64,000 bases of DNA, taken from Candidatus Shapirobacteria bacterium. Its GTDB lineage: Bacteria; Patescibacteriota; Microgenomatia; UBA12405. The position numbers were made by a program, and so were the translations under genes. The notes below the pieces were generated by a model, which made no database searches, had not been told where the DNA came from, and saw nothing but the letters and a program-made list of their open reading frames with translations. Location of the stretch: the NCBI GenBank assembly GCA_028704635.1, contig JAQWFB010000002.1, forward strand, positions 693 to 64,692, written 5' to 3'. Positions 29,061 through 37,578 of this stretch are shown here, one piece after another. Positions within the stretch are counted from its first letter, which is position 1, and each line of letters opens with the position of its first letter.

Positions 29061-29131
29061 CAGGTCCGCCAGGAGTCGAACCTGGAAAAGCAGTTTTGGA
29101 GACTGCTGTGATACCATTTCACCACAGACCT
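29061..29131 (-). tRNA. tRNA-Trp(CCA)
   Basis: reverse complement aggtctg...gcagt CT CCA AA actgc...GGTTCGACTCC...cggacctg. Confidence 0.95.
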
Positions 29132-29143
29132 AAGAACGAAAAG

Positions 29144-29216
29144 TGGACCCAAGGGGACTCGAACCCCTGACCTTCCCCATGCCATGGGGACGCGCTACCA
29201 ACTACGCTATGGGCCC
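29144..29216 (-). tRNA. tRNA-Ala(GGC)
   Basis: reverse complement gggccca...tcccc AT GGC AT gggga...GGTTCGAGTCC...tgggtcca; G3-U70. Confidence 0.95.
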
Positions 29217-29299
29217 TCAAAGGTTCTCTATTTTACCAAAAACTATAAGCCAACGCCACTGGTTTTCTAACTTTTCTTTTGTGTTACCATTAGTCTAAT

Positions 29300-30184
29300 A
29301 TGACTAATATTTCAAAGGCCGTCATTGCTGCCGCTGGCCGAGGCACTCGTTTTCTTCCTGTCGTTAAATCTTATCCCAAAGAATTGGTTCCAATTCTAGA
29401 TAAACCAAATATTCAATATCTTGTCGAAGAAGCTATTGGTGCTGGTATTACTGATATCGCCATTATCCATAGATTAGGCGAAAGTTCAATCGAAAAATAT
29501 TTCTCCCCCGATCAAGACCTAGAAGATTATTTGATCAGTAGAAATAAAACTGAATATTTAGACAGTTTAAAAAATATTTGGCAAAAAGCTAAACTAACTT
29601 TCATCCCTCAATCAGCTGACCTTCCCTATGGCAACGGCTCCCCTATTTTAGCCGCAAAAGATTTTATTGGTTCCGATAATTTTGTTTACATGTTTGGTGA
29701 CGATCTCATCGTTGAAGAAACTTATGGCCAATATTTAACCAAAATGATCACTTCTCTTGAAGAATACAATTCCGACGCTGTCGTTTCTACTCAAGAAATG
29801 CCAACTGAAGAAATGAAACGTTACGGTGCTGTTGTTCCTCACACCAACCCTACCGTTCCCCACCAAATCAGTGCTTTGCTCGAAAAAACTGACCCACCTC
29901 CATCTAATTTTGCTGTTGTTGGTCGTTATGTTATCTCTAATAAAATTTTAGATGTTATTAAAACCCAAGGCACCACCAAAGACAATGAACTTTGGCTGGC
30001 CGATGCGTTAAACACTATGGCTCAAAATGGCGTCGTCGTCGATGAACCAATCACTAATGGTGTTTGGATGACCACTGGTGATCCTCTTCGCTGGCTCGAA
30101 GCCAACATCGCCGTCGCTATCAAAGATCCCAGACTTAAAGACGATTTAAAAGAATTTTTAACAAATTTAGATGTCAATAAATAA
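29300..30184 (+). CDS. galU: UTP-glucose-1-phosphate uridylyltransferase family, copy 1
   Basis: KAVIAAAGRGTRFLP, PKE, GDD, GRY. Confidence 0.85.
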   Translation: MTNISKAVIAAAGRGTRFLPVVKSYPKELVPILDKPNIQYLVEEAIGAGITDIAIIHRLGESSIEKYFSPDQDLEDYLISRNKTEYLDSLKNIWQKAKLTFIPQSADLPYGNGSPILAAKDFIGSDNFVYMFGDDLIVEETYGQYLTKMITSLEEYNSDAVVSTQEMPTEEMKRYGAVVPHTNPTVPHQISALLEKTDPPPSNFAVVGRYVISNKILDVIKTQGTTKDNELWLADALNTMAQNGVVVDEPITNGVWMTTGDPLRWLEANIAVAIKDPRLKDDLKEFLTNLDVNK

Positions 30185-31046
30185 AGCTGTTATCGCCGCT
30201 GCTGGTCGAGGTACTCGTTTTTTGCCTGTAGTTAAGGCTTACCCAAAAGAATTAGTTCCAGTTCTTTCTAAACCAAATATTCAATATTTAGTTGAAGAAG
30301 CCATTGGTGCTGGTATTACCAACATTGCCATTGTTATTCACTTCGGCGAAAAAAAGATTCAAAATTACTTTTCCAAAGATGCCAATTTAGAAAAATATTT
30401 AATTGAAAACAATAAAACTGAATATCTCGACAGTCTAAAAAATATTTGGCAAAAAGCTAAAATAACTTTTATTGAACAGCCTTTAGACTTACCTTATGGC
30501 ACTGGTTCCCCTGTTTTAGCCGCCAAAGAATTCATCGGTAATGATGATTTTGCCTATTTTTATGGTGATGATTTTATTCTTGAACCAACTCCTGGTCAAT
30601 TATTATCGAAAATGATTTCTAAATACGACCAATACCAAGCCTCCGCTATTCTGGCCGTTCAAAAAGTTCCCATGGAAGAAATTTATCGCTTTGGTAGTAT
30701 TAAATATATTAACGACCCTGTCTATCCGGATCGCATGTCCGAGATTATGGAAAAACTCCCAGCCGATCAAGCCCCATCCAATTCAGTCAATATCGGCCGC
30801 TTCATTGCTTCAAATAAAATTTTAGAAAATATCGATATTAAAAAACTCTCTAGGGACAACGAATTATGGTTCACCGACGCTCTAACTAAATTAGCTCAAT
30901 CAGGAATTGTTCTTACTCAAGCCACTCAAGATGAACAATGGCTCACCACTGGCGATCCCCTTCGCTGGCTTAAAGCCAATATCAGTACTGCTCTTCAAAA
31001 CCCTCAATACAAAAAAGATATTTCTGAGTTCATAAAAACACTATAA
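30171..31046 (+). CDS. galU: UTP-glucose-1-phosphate uridylyltransferase family, copy 2
   Basis: same motifs, tandem paralogue overlapping copy 1. Confidence 0.85.
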   Translation: MSINKAVIAAAGRGTRFLPVVKAYPKELVPVLSKPNIQYLVEEAIGAGITNIAIVIHFGEKKIQNYFSKDANLEKYLIENNKTEYLDSLKNIWQKAKITFIEQPLDLPYGTGSPVLAAKEFIGNDDFAYFYGDDFILEPTPGQLLSKMISKYDQYQASAILAVQKVPMEEIYRFGSIKYINDPVYPDRMSEIMEKLPADQAPSNSVNIGRFIASNKILENIDIKKLSRDNELWFTDALTKLAQSGIVLTQATQDEQWLTTGDPLRWLKANISTALQNPQYKKDISEFIKTL

Positions 31047-31212
31047 AGAACCTTTTTTCAGGAAACACCTTCAATATAAAGCTTTAATTCAAACTGACTA
31101 CACACTCGATAAGTATTTTTATACAAACCAAAAACTCCTATAACTAATCTATTACTGATACTTAAATGAATAAAATACCTTATTTGTGCCTAATTTTAAA
31201 ACAACCTACTAC

Positions 31213-31241
31213 TTGACATAGACCTATAATAACATTATAAT
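31213..31241 (+). promoter_or_regulatory. consensus sigma70 promoter P1
   Basis: TTGACA-17 nt (tagacctataataacat)-TATAAT. Confidence 0.8.
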
Positions 31242-31284
31242 ACCTATAGAATTAATAAAATAATTCGCACTTTTATAAAAAGCC

Positions 31285-31440
31285 AAATTGTTCAAAGGAG
31301 AGATTTGGAGTGTGGCTCCTCTAGAGTTTCGCACCCCGTTTCTCCTTTGAACAATTTAAATTCAAAGGAGAGATTCAGAGTGCGCCTGTCCTGATTTATT
31401 AGGAATTCCTCGTCTCACCCCGTTTCTCCTTTGAATTTAA
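31285..31440 (+). ncRNA. putative ncRNA of two tandem homologous long hairpins
   Basis: 2x TTCAAAGGAGAGATT-n-GAGTG-variable-CACCCCGTTTCTCCTTTGAA between promoter P1 and a terminator, no ORF. Confidence 0.6.
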
Positions 31441-31445
31441 AATAG

Positions 31446-31473
31446 AAAAGCCCCGCAGATGCGGGGCTTTTTT
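31446..31473 (+). terminator. intrinsic terminator
   Basis: aaaagccccgca ga tgcggggc + T7. Confidence 0.88.
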
Positions 31474-31487
31474 GATGTATTCCAAAC

Positions 31488-31560
31488 TTGACATTATCCT
31501 ATAACAATGACATACTATATCACTTTTTAGTAAAGCACTAAAAAAGTTTTCGTTCTTTAA
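31488..31560 (+). promoter_or_regulatory. promoter P2 + hairpin + boxA-like element
   Basis: TTGACA-ttatcctataacaatga-CATACT; actttttagt/actaaaaaagt; GTTCTTTAA. Confidence 0.65.
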
Positions 31561-31654
31561 TAATCCGTAAAAAACTTAAAATCAAAAACAATTCAGAGAA
31601 ATCTGTTTAAATAAAATCGTCAAATAAGTATAAAAAATGAAAGGGTGAGTTAGA

Positions 31655-32467
31655 ATGACAAATAAAAAAAGTTTAATGTTATTGGTTTTTTTGTTCTTTT
31701 CGATGTTGATGTTAACACCTCCAGCTTCTGCTCAAATTATTGAGAATGGCAACAGTTATTACTATCAACAATCAAACAACTACAACAGTCAATTTTGGCA
31801 AAAGGAGTACGAATCATATTTCTACCCTGGTTTAGGGCACAAAGAATATGAAGTCCTATACCAAAACGGCTACCGAACAAACACAACCCGATATACCGGT
31901 TTGTATGTCTTTTTACCAAACGAATCCGTGATGAATCAATATGGTGTAACCACTATTATTGAATACAAATCCGGATATGACTCTTATTTCACTCCAAATA
32001 AAGGACATAAACAGTACATTGAAAAATGGGTAAATGGCACCAAAACAAATGATATCCCTGTCTATACCGGTAACTATATTATCTTACCGAATGAGACAAT
32101 TGATTCAATTTACAGAGAACCCTGTAGTAACAACTCTGATCTTTATTTAAACACCACAAACATTCCATTAACTAAAGGATTGAGCGGCTGTAATATCTAC
32201 TACCTAGAAACTGGTAATAAGACTACTACTATACACGCAGAAGTTCCATATGGTTACTCTCTAATTGTCGCCGGAGTAACAGTTGATAATACTAATGGTG
32301 GAGTCTACAAAACATTTTCTACAGGTAATAGAACAGTAAAAATTAAAAACGGATTCGCCATAATTATCAGCAACGACGACCTTTACAACGAATTCCAAGC
32401 CAGAGTCAAAATCGCCAGAAACAATAACTGGAAATGTTCACACATTACATGGCCAAACCAATATTAA
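31655..32467 (+). CDS. secreted hypothetical protein with internal repeat
   Basis: signal peptide ending ASA; two Y.SYF.P..GHK.Y...NG..TN..YTG.Y..LPNE repeats. Confidence 0.8.
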   Translation: MTNKKSLMLLVFLFFSMLMLTPPASAQIIENGNSYYYQQSNNYNSQFWQKEYESYFYPGLGHKEYEVLYQNGYRTNTTRYTGLYVFLPNESVMNQYGVTTIIEYKSGYDSYFTPNKGHKQYIEKWVNGTKTNDIPVYTGNYIILPNETIDSIYREPCSNNSDLYLNTTNIPLTKGLSGCNIYYLETGNKTTTIHAEVPYGYSLIVAGVTVDNTNGGVYKTFSTGNRTVKIKNGFAIIISNDDLYNEFQARVKIARNNNWKCSHITWPNQY

Positions 32468-32489
32468 AATTTAAGTTTTGCACGGACCG

Positions 32490-32546
32490 GGCCCTATAAG
32501 TTATTTTTTGAATCATCATTGATTCACAAATTTAACTTACAGGGCC
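32490..32546. terminator. long hairpin after 31655 ORF
   Basis: ggccctataagtta..tgaatca tcat tgattca..taacttacagggcc. Confidence 0.55.
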
Positions 32547-32572
32547 TTTATCATTTTAATTAATATAATAAC

Positions 32573-32643
32573 TTGACTTTATCCTATAACAATGATAAAA
32601 TCCGGCACTTATCAATAAAGCATTGATTAAGTATGTTCTTTAA
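32573..32643 (+). promoter_or_regulatory. promoter P3 + hairpin + boxA-like element
   Basis: TTGACT-ttatcctataacaatga-TAAAAT (spacer identical to P2); acttatcaat/attgattaagt; GTTCTTTAA. Confidence 0.65.
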
Positions 32644-32804
32644 AAATCAGTATCCAAAATTCCTTTTAAAATTTGTTTTAAGTCCATTCTAATGGGCAAC
32701 ATTTTGTCTATCATCACATCGATGATAAGCAGAATGTTACCCATTAGAGCGGGATAACAACGTTGCAAACGTAAACAAAACAAAATTAAGAGGAGGAATT
32801 AAGA

Positions 32805-33560
32805 ATGAGCGAAACAAATGAACCTTTAGCAGAGGAAAACCAGGTAAAACCCAAAAAGTGGTGGAAAATTATTGGCATTGTAACATTAATCGCAATAATT
32901 GCATTAATGCTATGGCAAAGCCAACCCTGGTCAAAAGAATCTAAAGAAACAACTATTAATGGCGACTTACACGTCACCGGCAATCTCGTCGTCGACAAAA
33001 ACGTCGAAGTCAAAGACACAATTACCGCAAAAAAAGTTGTGGCTCTTGAAGAAATTAAAACACCAATCATCAAAGCAGATGTTGGAGAAATTTCCCATGT
33101 TAAGGCAAATGTAGTGGATTCTATTATAGTAAATGCCGAAACAATCAATGCCAACACGGCCAATATTCAGGTTGTAAATGCTGGAAAAGTTAATACTGGA
33201 AGTAATATTTCTAGTGTTACTGTTCAACCAGTACAACCAGTCGAGAAGCCAGTTGAACAAACAGGTTCAGGCAGTGAAAACTCTTTTACTTCCGGTGATC
33301 CCCAATGGAACACAGGTGTAGGAGTTACCAAAACTGTCACTCTAAATGTGAGTCCTGGTAAAACCGCTGTTGTTGGTGGCTACACCGTTAATGGCGTTAA
33401 AGGATCATTAAAGATCTACCAGCCTGGAACTTACCAATTGACAATTTGTGACGGATTTATCCGTGACAATGTCGATCCTGCCAACAGCCAGTCAACCTAT
33501 CAAATGAAAAAAGATGAGGCTGCTCGATTAGGACAAGACATTTCCAACGCCCAAAACTAA
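32805..33560 (+). CDS. membrane-anchored hypothetical protein with beta-repeat stalk
   Basis: GAGGAGG SD, one TM, Val/Ile-periodic stalk, C-terminal domain similar to the 31655 protein. Confidence 0.8.
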   Translation: MSETNEPLAEENQVKPKKWWKIIGIVTLIAIIALMLWQSQPWSKESKETTINGDLHVTGNLVVDKNVEVKDTITAKKVVALEEIKTPIIKADVGEISHVKANVVDSIIVNAETINANTANIQVVNAGKVNTGSNISSVTVQPVQPVEKPVEQTGSGSENSFTSGDPQWNTGVGVTKTVTLNVSPGKTAVVGGYTVNGVKGSLKIYQPGTYQLTICDGFIRDNVDPANSQSTYQMKKDEAARLGQDISNAQN

Positions 33561-33658
33561 TCCCGCTCTAAAAAGGCTTGGATACTGATCAAAACTAAGA
33601 TGGAGAATAATCTCTATTTAATTGACAACTGTCAACTAAATATATTATTCTCCATCCC

Positions 33659-33710
33659 CAAGTCTACTGATAAATCTCAGTACTGATGAGTCCCAAAAGG
33701 ACGAAACTTG
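33659..33710 (+). ncRNA. hammerhead ribozyme, type III
   Basis: caag-TC | tactga taaatc tcagta CTGATGA gtcc caaaa ggac GAAA cttg: full catalytic core, three perfect stems, GUC site. Confidence 0.92.
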
Positions 33711-33716
33711 AAACTT

Positions 33717-34586
33717 ATGAAAAATACCAATCCCCTAGTCACCATCTACATGCCAGTTTTCAATGCTATCCCTTATCTTAGTCAAGCCATTGAAAGTATT
33801 TTAAATCAAAGTTATTCCAATTTTGAATTTATTATTGTTGACGACGCCTCCACCGACAATTCTTGGAAAGTCATTAAATCCTACGCCAAAAAAGATTCTC
33901 GTATTATTGCTATTAAAAATCATATTAATTTAGGCGTTAGTTTAACTTCAAATATTGCTATTTCCAAAGCCAAAGGTAAATTTTTAGCTCGTATGGATGC
34001 TGACGATATTTCTTTTACTGATCGCATTGAAAAACAAGTCGATTTTTTAATCAAAAATTCTAAAACCATTGCAGTTGGTGGTCAATGTGTGGTTATCGAT
34101 GAAAACAACAATATTATCGGTAATAAAAATTTCCCCACCCAACATCAAAAATTAAAGGATATGATTTTTTGGGCTGTTCCTATGCAACAACCATCAATCA
34201 TGATTAATTTAGATAAATTACCTAAAAATTTTGTTTGGTATTCTCCAAATCAATCTTCCGCTGAAGAAATTAATTTAATGTTCCGTTTTATGATTTATGG
34301 CCAAATCTCCAACACTGAAGATAATTTACTTTTTTATCGTCATTTAAACAACAGTCTCTCTCACAAAAATCCAAAAGCTACTTTTAAATTAACCATCAAA
34401 AGTCGTTTAAATGCTTTATCTCTCGGATTCAAGCCTAGTATTAAAGCTATCATTTTAAATCTAATGCAATTAATTGTCATCGCCCTAATTCCCAATAATT
34501 TAATTTACGATATTTGGTATTTCATTCGCGGTATTAAAAAATCAACCGGTGCTACAGTTGGGACTTTTGCCGAAACTCAAGTATAA
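33717..34586 (+). CDS. family 2 glycosyltransferase
   Basis: MPVFN, VDDASTD, RMDADD. Confidence 0.92.
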   Translation: MKNTNPLVTIYMPVFNAIPYLSQAIESILNQSYSNFEFIIVDDASTDNSWKVIKSYAKKDSRIIAIKNHINLGVSLTSNIAISKAKGKFLARMDADDISFTDRIEKQVDFLIKNSKTIAVGGQCVVIDENNNIIGNKNFPTQHQKLKDMIFWAVPMQQPSIMINLDKLPKNFVWYSPNQSSAEEINLMFRFMIYGQISNTEDNLLFYRHLNNSLSHKNPKATFKLTIKSRLNALSLGFKPSIKAIILNLMQLIVIALIPNNLIYDIWYFIRGIKKSTGATVGTFAETQV

Positions 34587-34594
34587 TTTTAGTA

Positions 34595-37228
34595 ATGGCT
34601 TTCATTGCTAAATTAAAACCTCATCTAGATAAAATAATTCTTGGACTGGTTTTAGTAATTTTATTCTATAAAAACTTCTCTTCAAACACTTGGTTAATTG
34701 GTTGGGATAATTTAGTTCCAGAATTAAATATTTGGTTAAATATAAAAAGATCTTTTTTGGCAGTTTGGCAGGAATATCAAGGTCTCGGTCTAGTCGGCGG
34801 CATGGGCCACGCCACTGAAATTATCCGACAACTAATTCTTCTCCCGTTTATTCTAATCCTTCCCCACAATCTAATCCGTTATTTTTGGCAATTTTTAATG
34901 CTGACTCTAGGTGTTTTTAGTCTTAATTTTGGTCTCAAAAAATTTTTTCATTTATCCAAAACTTCCAGTCTACTAGGCTCTCTTTTTTATCTTCTAAATT
35001 TCGGCACCATTCAATATTTTTGGGTTCCTTTTGAGCCATTTTCTACTTTTTGGGGATTTTTTCCAGCTCTCTTTTTTGTCCTTTTTAATTATCTTAAAAT
35101 TCCCAATCGCAAAAATTTAATTTACTTCACTCTAATAAATTTTCTAGCCATTCCCAGTTTTTATGTTCAAACCATTTTTATTGTTTACATCCTTTGTCTT
35201 TCTCTAATTCTTCTATCCCATTTCATTATTAATTTTAAAAAAATATCTTTCAAATTTTACTGCACTATTCTTTTAATAATTTTCTTTTTAAATTCTTTTT
35301 GGTTTTTACCTTCTATTTATTTTTTAAAAAATGATTCTTTTAATACCACTCAAGGCTATGGCAATATAATGTCCAATCAAGAAACTTTTGATCGCAATCA
35401 AAACCACGGCACGATCACTGATTTTCTTTTACTAAAAAATTATTATTACGATTTTCCTAAAGGTGAAAACAACACCCTCATGTCTCCTTGGGTCTCTCAT
35501 TTTTCCAATCAATACAATCTCATTTGTGGTTATTTTGTTTCTCTTTTTATTATCATCGGCATAATCAGTCTTTTTACTAAATTTAAACAAAAACCATCAC
35601 TCAAACTTTCTCTTTTGTTAATATTTTTTCTTTGTTCTATTGCCCTTTTATCTGCCACCCCTGTTTTTTCTCAAATAAATTACCTCATTCGCCAACTACC
35701 GATTGTCAATCAAATTTTCCGTTCCCCTTGGACTAAGTTTTTAGTTCCCACTGCTTTTATTTTTTCAGTTCTTCTGTCCATTGGTCTCGAAAACTCTTTT
35801 AAATTTTTAACCAGAATAAAATATTCTCCTAGATTTTCTAAAACCATTCTCACTTTTATTTTTTTATTCTGTCTTTTTGACTTCAGTTTTCCCGTTTTTC
35901 AAGGCCAATTTTTTTATTCAAAAATGAAAAATTCACTCCCCGCTGAATATTCTGAATTGTTTTTCTTTTTTAAAGAAATTCCCTCTACTGCCAGAATTAT
36001 GAATCTTCCTCAAGGATCTTTTTGGGGCTGGACTAGTTACCGCTGGGGTTCTGTCGGTTCCGGTTTTCTTTGGTACGGACTAAATCAACCTATTCTCGAC
36101 AGAGCTTTTGATGTTTGGAATCTAAAAAACGAAAATTATTACTGGGAATTAACCACGGCACTTCAACAAAAAAATCCTCTTGCTATAAAAAGTATTATTG
36201 ATAAATACTCCATTGAATATGTCGTTTTTGACGATAATGTTTATTTTCCTGATGAAAAAATCTATGGTAAATTAGTTTCACCCAGCTTAGATCTTCTTCG
36301 TCAAATAGACGGTTTAACTTTAATTAAAACTGTTGACTCAATTTATATTTTTCAATATCAACATCCCACTCAAATTTATTCTACTAATTCCATTAACAAC
36401 ACTCCGCAAATCGCCCACTTTGATCCCAATTTTCAACCTCAATATATTCCTTCATCCACCACTGCTATCTACCCTTCTGAAAATAGTTCGATTCAAAATT
36501 CTCAAATAAATCAAATTAATGACAATAATCAAACTTATTTTCATTTTCAAAATAAACAATCACATAATTATCTAACCTTTAATTTCCCAAATTTGGTATT
36601 CGATCAAGATTATTTATTAAAAATAGAATCTAGAAATTTAAATGGTCAAACCCCAATTATTTCTACCTTTGATAATTATCTTCATTTTTATTTTTCCAAA
36701 AACCAACTTAAAACATCAACCGATTGGCAAATCACTTGGATTCTAATTCCCAAAATGGAAAATTCTCCTTTCGATACTGGACTTACTGTTATGATTGATA
36801 ATCCCAGTTTTAATCAAACACTTTCGATAAATGACATTAAAAATCCTGAAATTTATCCTTATCAAAATAATATTTCTATTATTGAAAATTACCAATCCCC
36901 TCAAAATAAATATTTTGAATCAAAATCAAATATTTTTTATTATCATCTCAAATTAGATCAAGCCCAAGATAATTATTTAGTCTTACCCCAATCTTTCCAC
37001 CAAGGTTGGATTGCTTTTTATTTTAATGGTCTCAACCCAGTTTTTCTAAAAAATCACACCTTGATAAATGAATGGGGCAATGGCTGGGAAATTCCCAAAA
37101 ACTACAATCTATCATCTACGATCTATTTCCTATTCTGGCCCCAAATTCTCGAATTTCTAGGATTTATTCTCCTTATCCCTACTTTTATTTTTGTTTTCAA
37201 AAAACCCAAAAAACCACTTTTGTTATAA
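34595..37228 (+). CDS. large polytopic membrane protein (GT-C-like)
   Basis: GWDN, about 12 TMs, FRSPWTKF, C-terminal QSFHQGW / NEWGNGW. Confidence 0.7.
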   Translation: MAFIAKLKPHLDKIILGLVLVILFYKNFSSNTWLIGWDNLVPELNIWLNIKRSFLAVWQEYQGLGLVGGMGHATEIIRQLILLPFILILPHNLIRYFWQFLMLTLGVFSLNFGLKKFFHLSKTSSLLGSLFYLLNFGTIQYFWVPFEPFSTFWGFFPALFFVLFNYLKIPNRKNLIYFTLINFLAIPSFYVQTIFIVYILCLSLILLSHFIINFKKISFKFYCTILLIIFFLNSFWFLPSIYFLKNDSFNTTQGYGNIMSNQETFDRNQNHGTITDFLLLKNYYYDFPKGENNTLMSPWVSHFSNQYNLICGYFVSLFIIIGIISLFTKFKQKPSLKLSLLLIFFLCSIALLSATPVFSQINYLIRQLPIVNQIFRSPWTKFLVPTAFIFSVLLSIGLENSFKFLTRIKYSPRFSKTILTFIFLFCLFDFSFPVFQGQFFYSKMKNSLPAEYSELFFFFKEIPSTARIMNLPQGSFWGWTSYRWGSVGSGFLWYGLNQPILDRAFDVWNLKNENYYWELTTALQQKNPLAIKSIIDKYSIEYVVFDDNVYFPDEKIYGKLVSPSLDLLRQIDGLTLIKTVDSIYIFQYQHPTQIYSTNSINNTPQIAHFDPNFQPQYIPSSTTAIYPSENSSIQNSQINQINDNNQTYFHFQNKQSHNYLTFNFPNLVFDQDYLLKIESRNLNGQTPIISTFDNYLHFYFSKNQLKTSTDWQITWILIPKMENSPFDTGLTVMIDNPSFNQTLSINDIKNPEIYPYQNNISIIENYQSPQNKYFESKSNIFYYHLKLDQAQDNYLVLPQSFHQGWIAFYFNGLNPVFLKNHTLINEWGNGWEIPKNYNLSSTIYFLFWPQILEFLGFILLIPTFIFVFKKPKKPLLL

Positions 37229-37235
37229 TTAAATT

Positions 37236-37487
37236 ATGAACAATTTAAATCCCTTAGCATTTCCACAATTTTATATTCCTTTTTTACTTTGGAGCATTTT
37301 CTGGAAAGGTTTTGCTTTGTGGAAGTCTGCGGGCAAAAAACAGCTCATCTGGTTTATCCTTTTAATGATTCTAAACACTGGTGGTCTTTTTGAAATTGCC
37401 TACATCTTTTTTCTTAACCAATGGGATCTCGACAACGGCAAAACTCTCAAGTTCTTAGAAAAAAAGTTTAAAGAAATCAAAAAATAG
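37236..37487 (+). CDS. small membrane protein (DUF5652-like)
   Basis: WSIFWKGFALWKSA..Q..WF..NT.G. Confidence 0.75.
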   Translation: MNNLNPLAFPQFYIPFLLWSIFWKGFALWKSAGKKQLIWFILLMILNTGGLFEIAYIFFLNQWDLDNGKTLKFLEKKFKEIKK

Positions 37488-37500
37488 TTTTATTCTTATT

Positions 37501-37569
37501 GTAAAGGTCAGGCATACCTGACCTTTTTTTGTTTAATCATGTAGAGACGTTCTGCAGAACGTCTCTACA
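37501..37569. repeat. two REP-like palindromes between convergent genes
   Basis: gtaaaggtcaggcatacctgaccttt and tgtagagacgttctgcagaacgtctctaca. Confidence 0.75.
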
Positions 37570-37578
37570 TTTCAAAAA

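Noticed and set aside
29061-29131. Genetic code 25 (UGA = Gly) as in Gracilibacteria/SR1
   Set aside because: Conserved genes are full length under code 11 and several end in TGA (mreB, tmk, ruvB).
31285-31440. CRISPR array or integron attC sites
   Set aside because: Only two units, each a self-complementary hairpin rather than repeat-spacer; no cas or intI gene in the window; no outer RYYYAAC/GTTRRRY boxes.
31285-31440. Tandem glycine riboswitch (GGAGA start)
   Set aside because: Lacks CCGAAG and CUCUCAGG elements, and a separate promoter serves the downstream gene.
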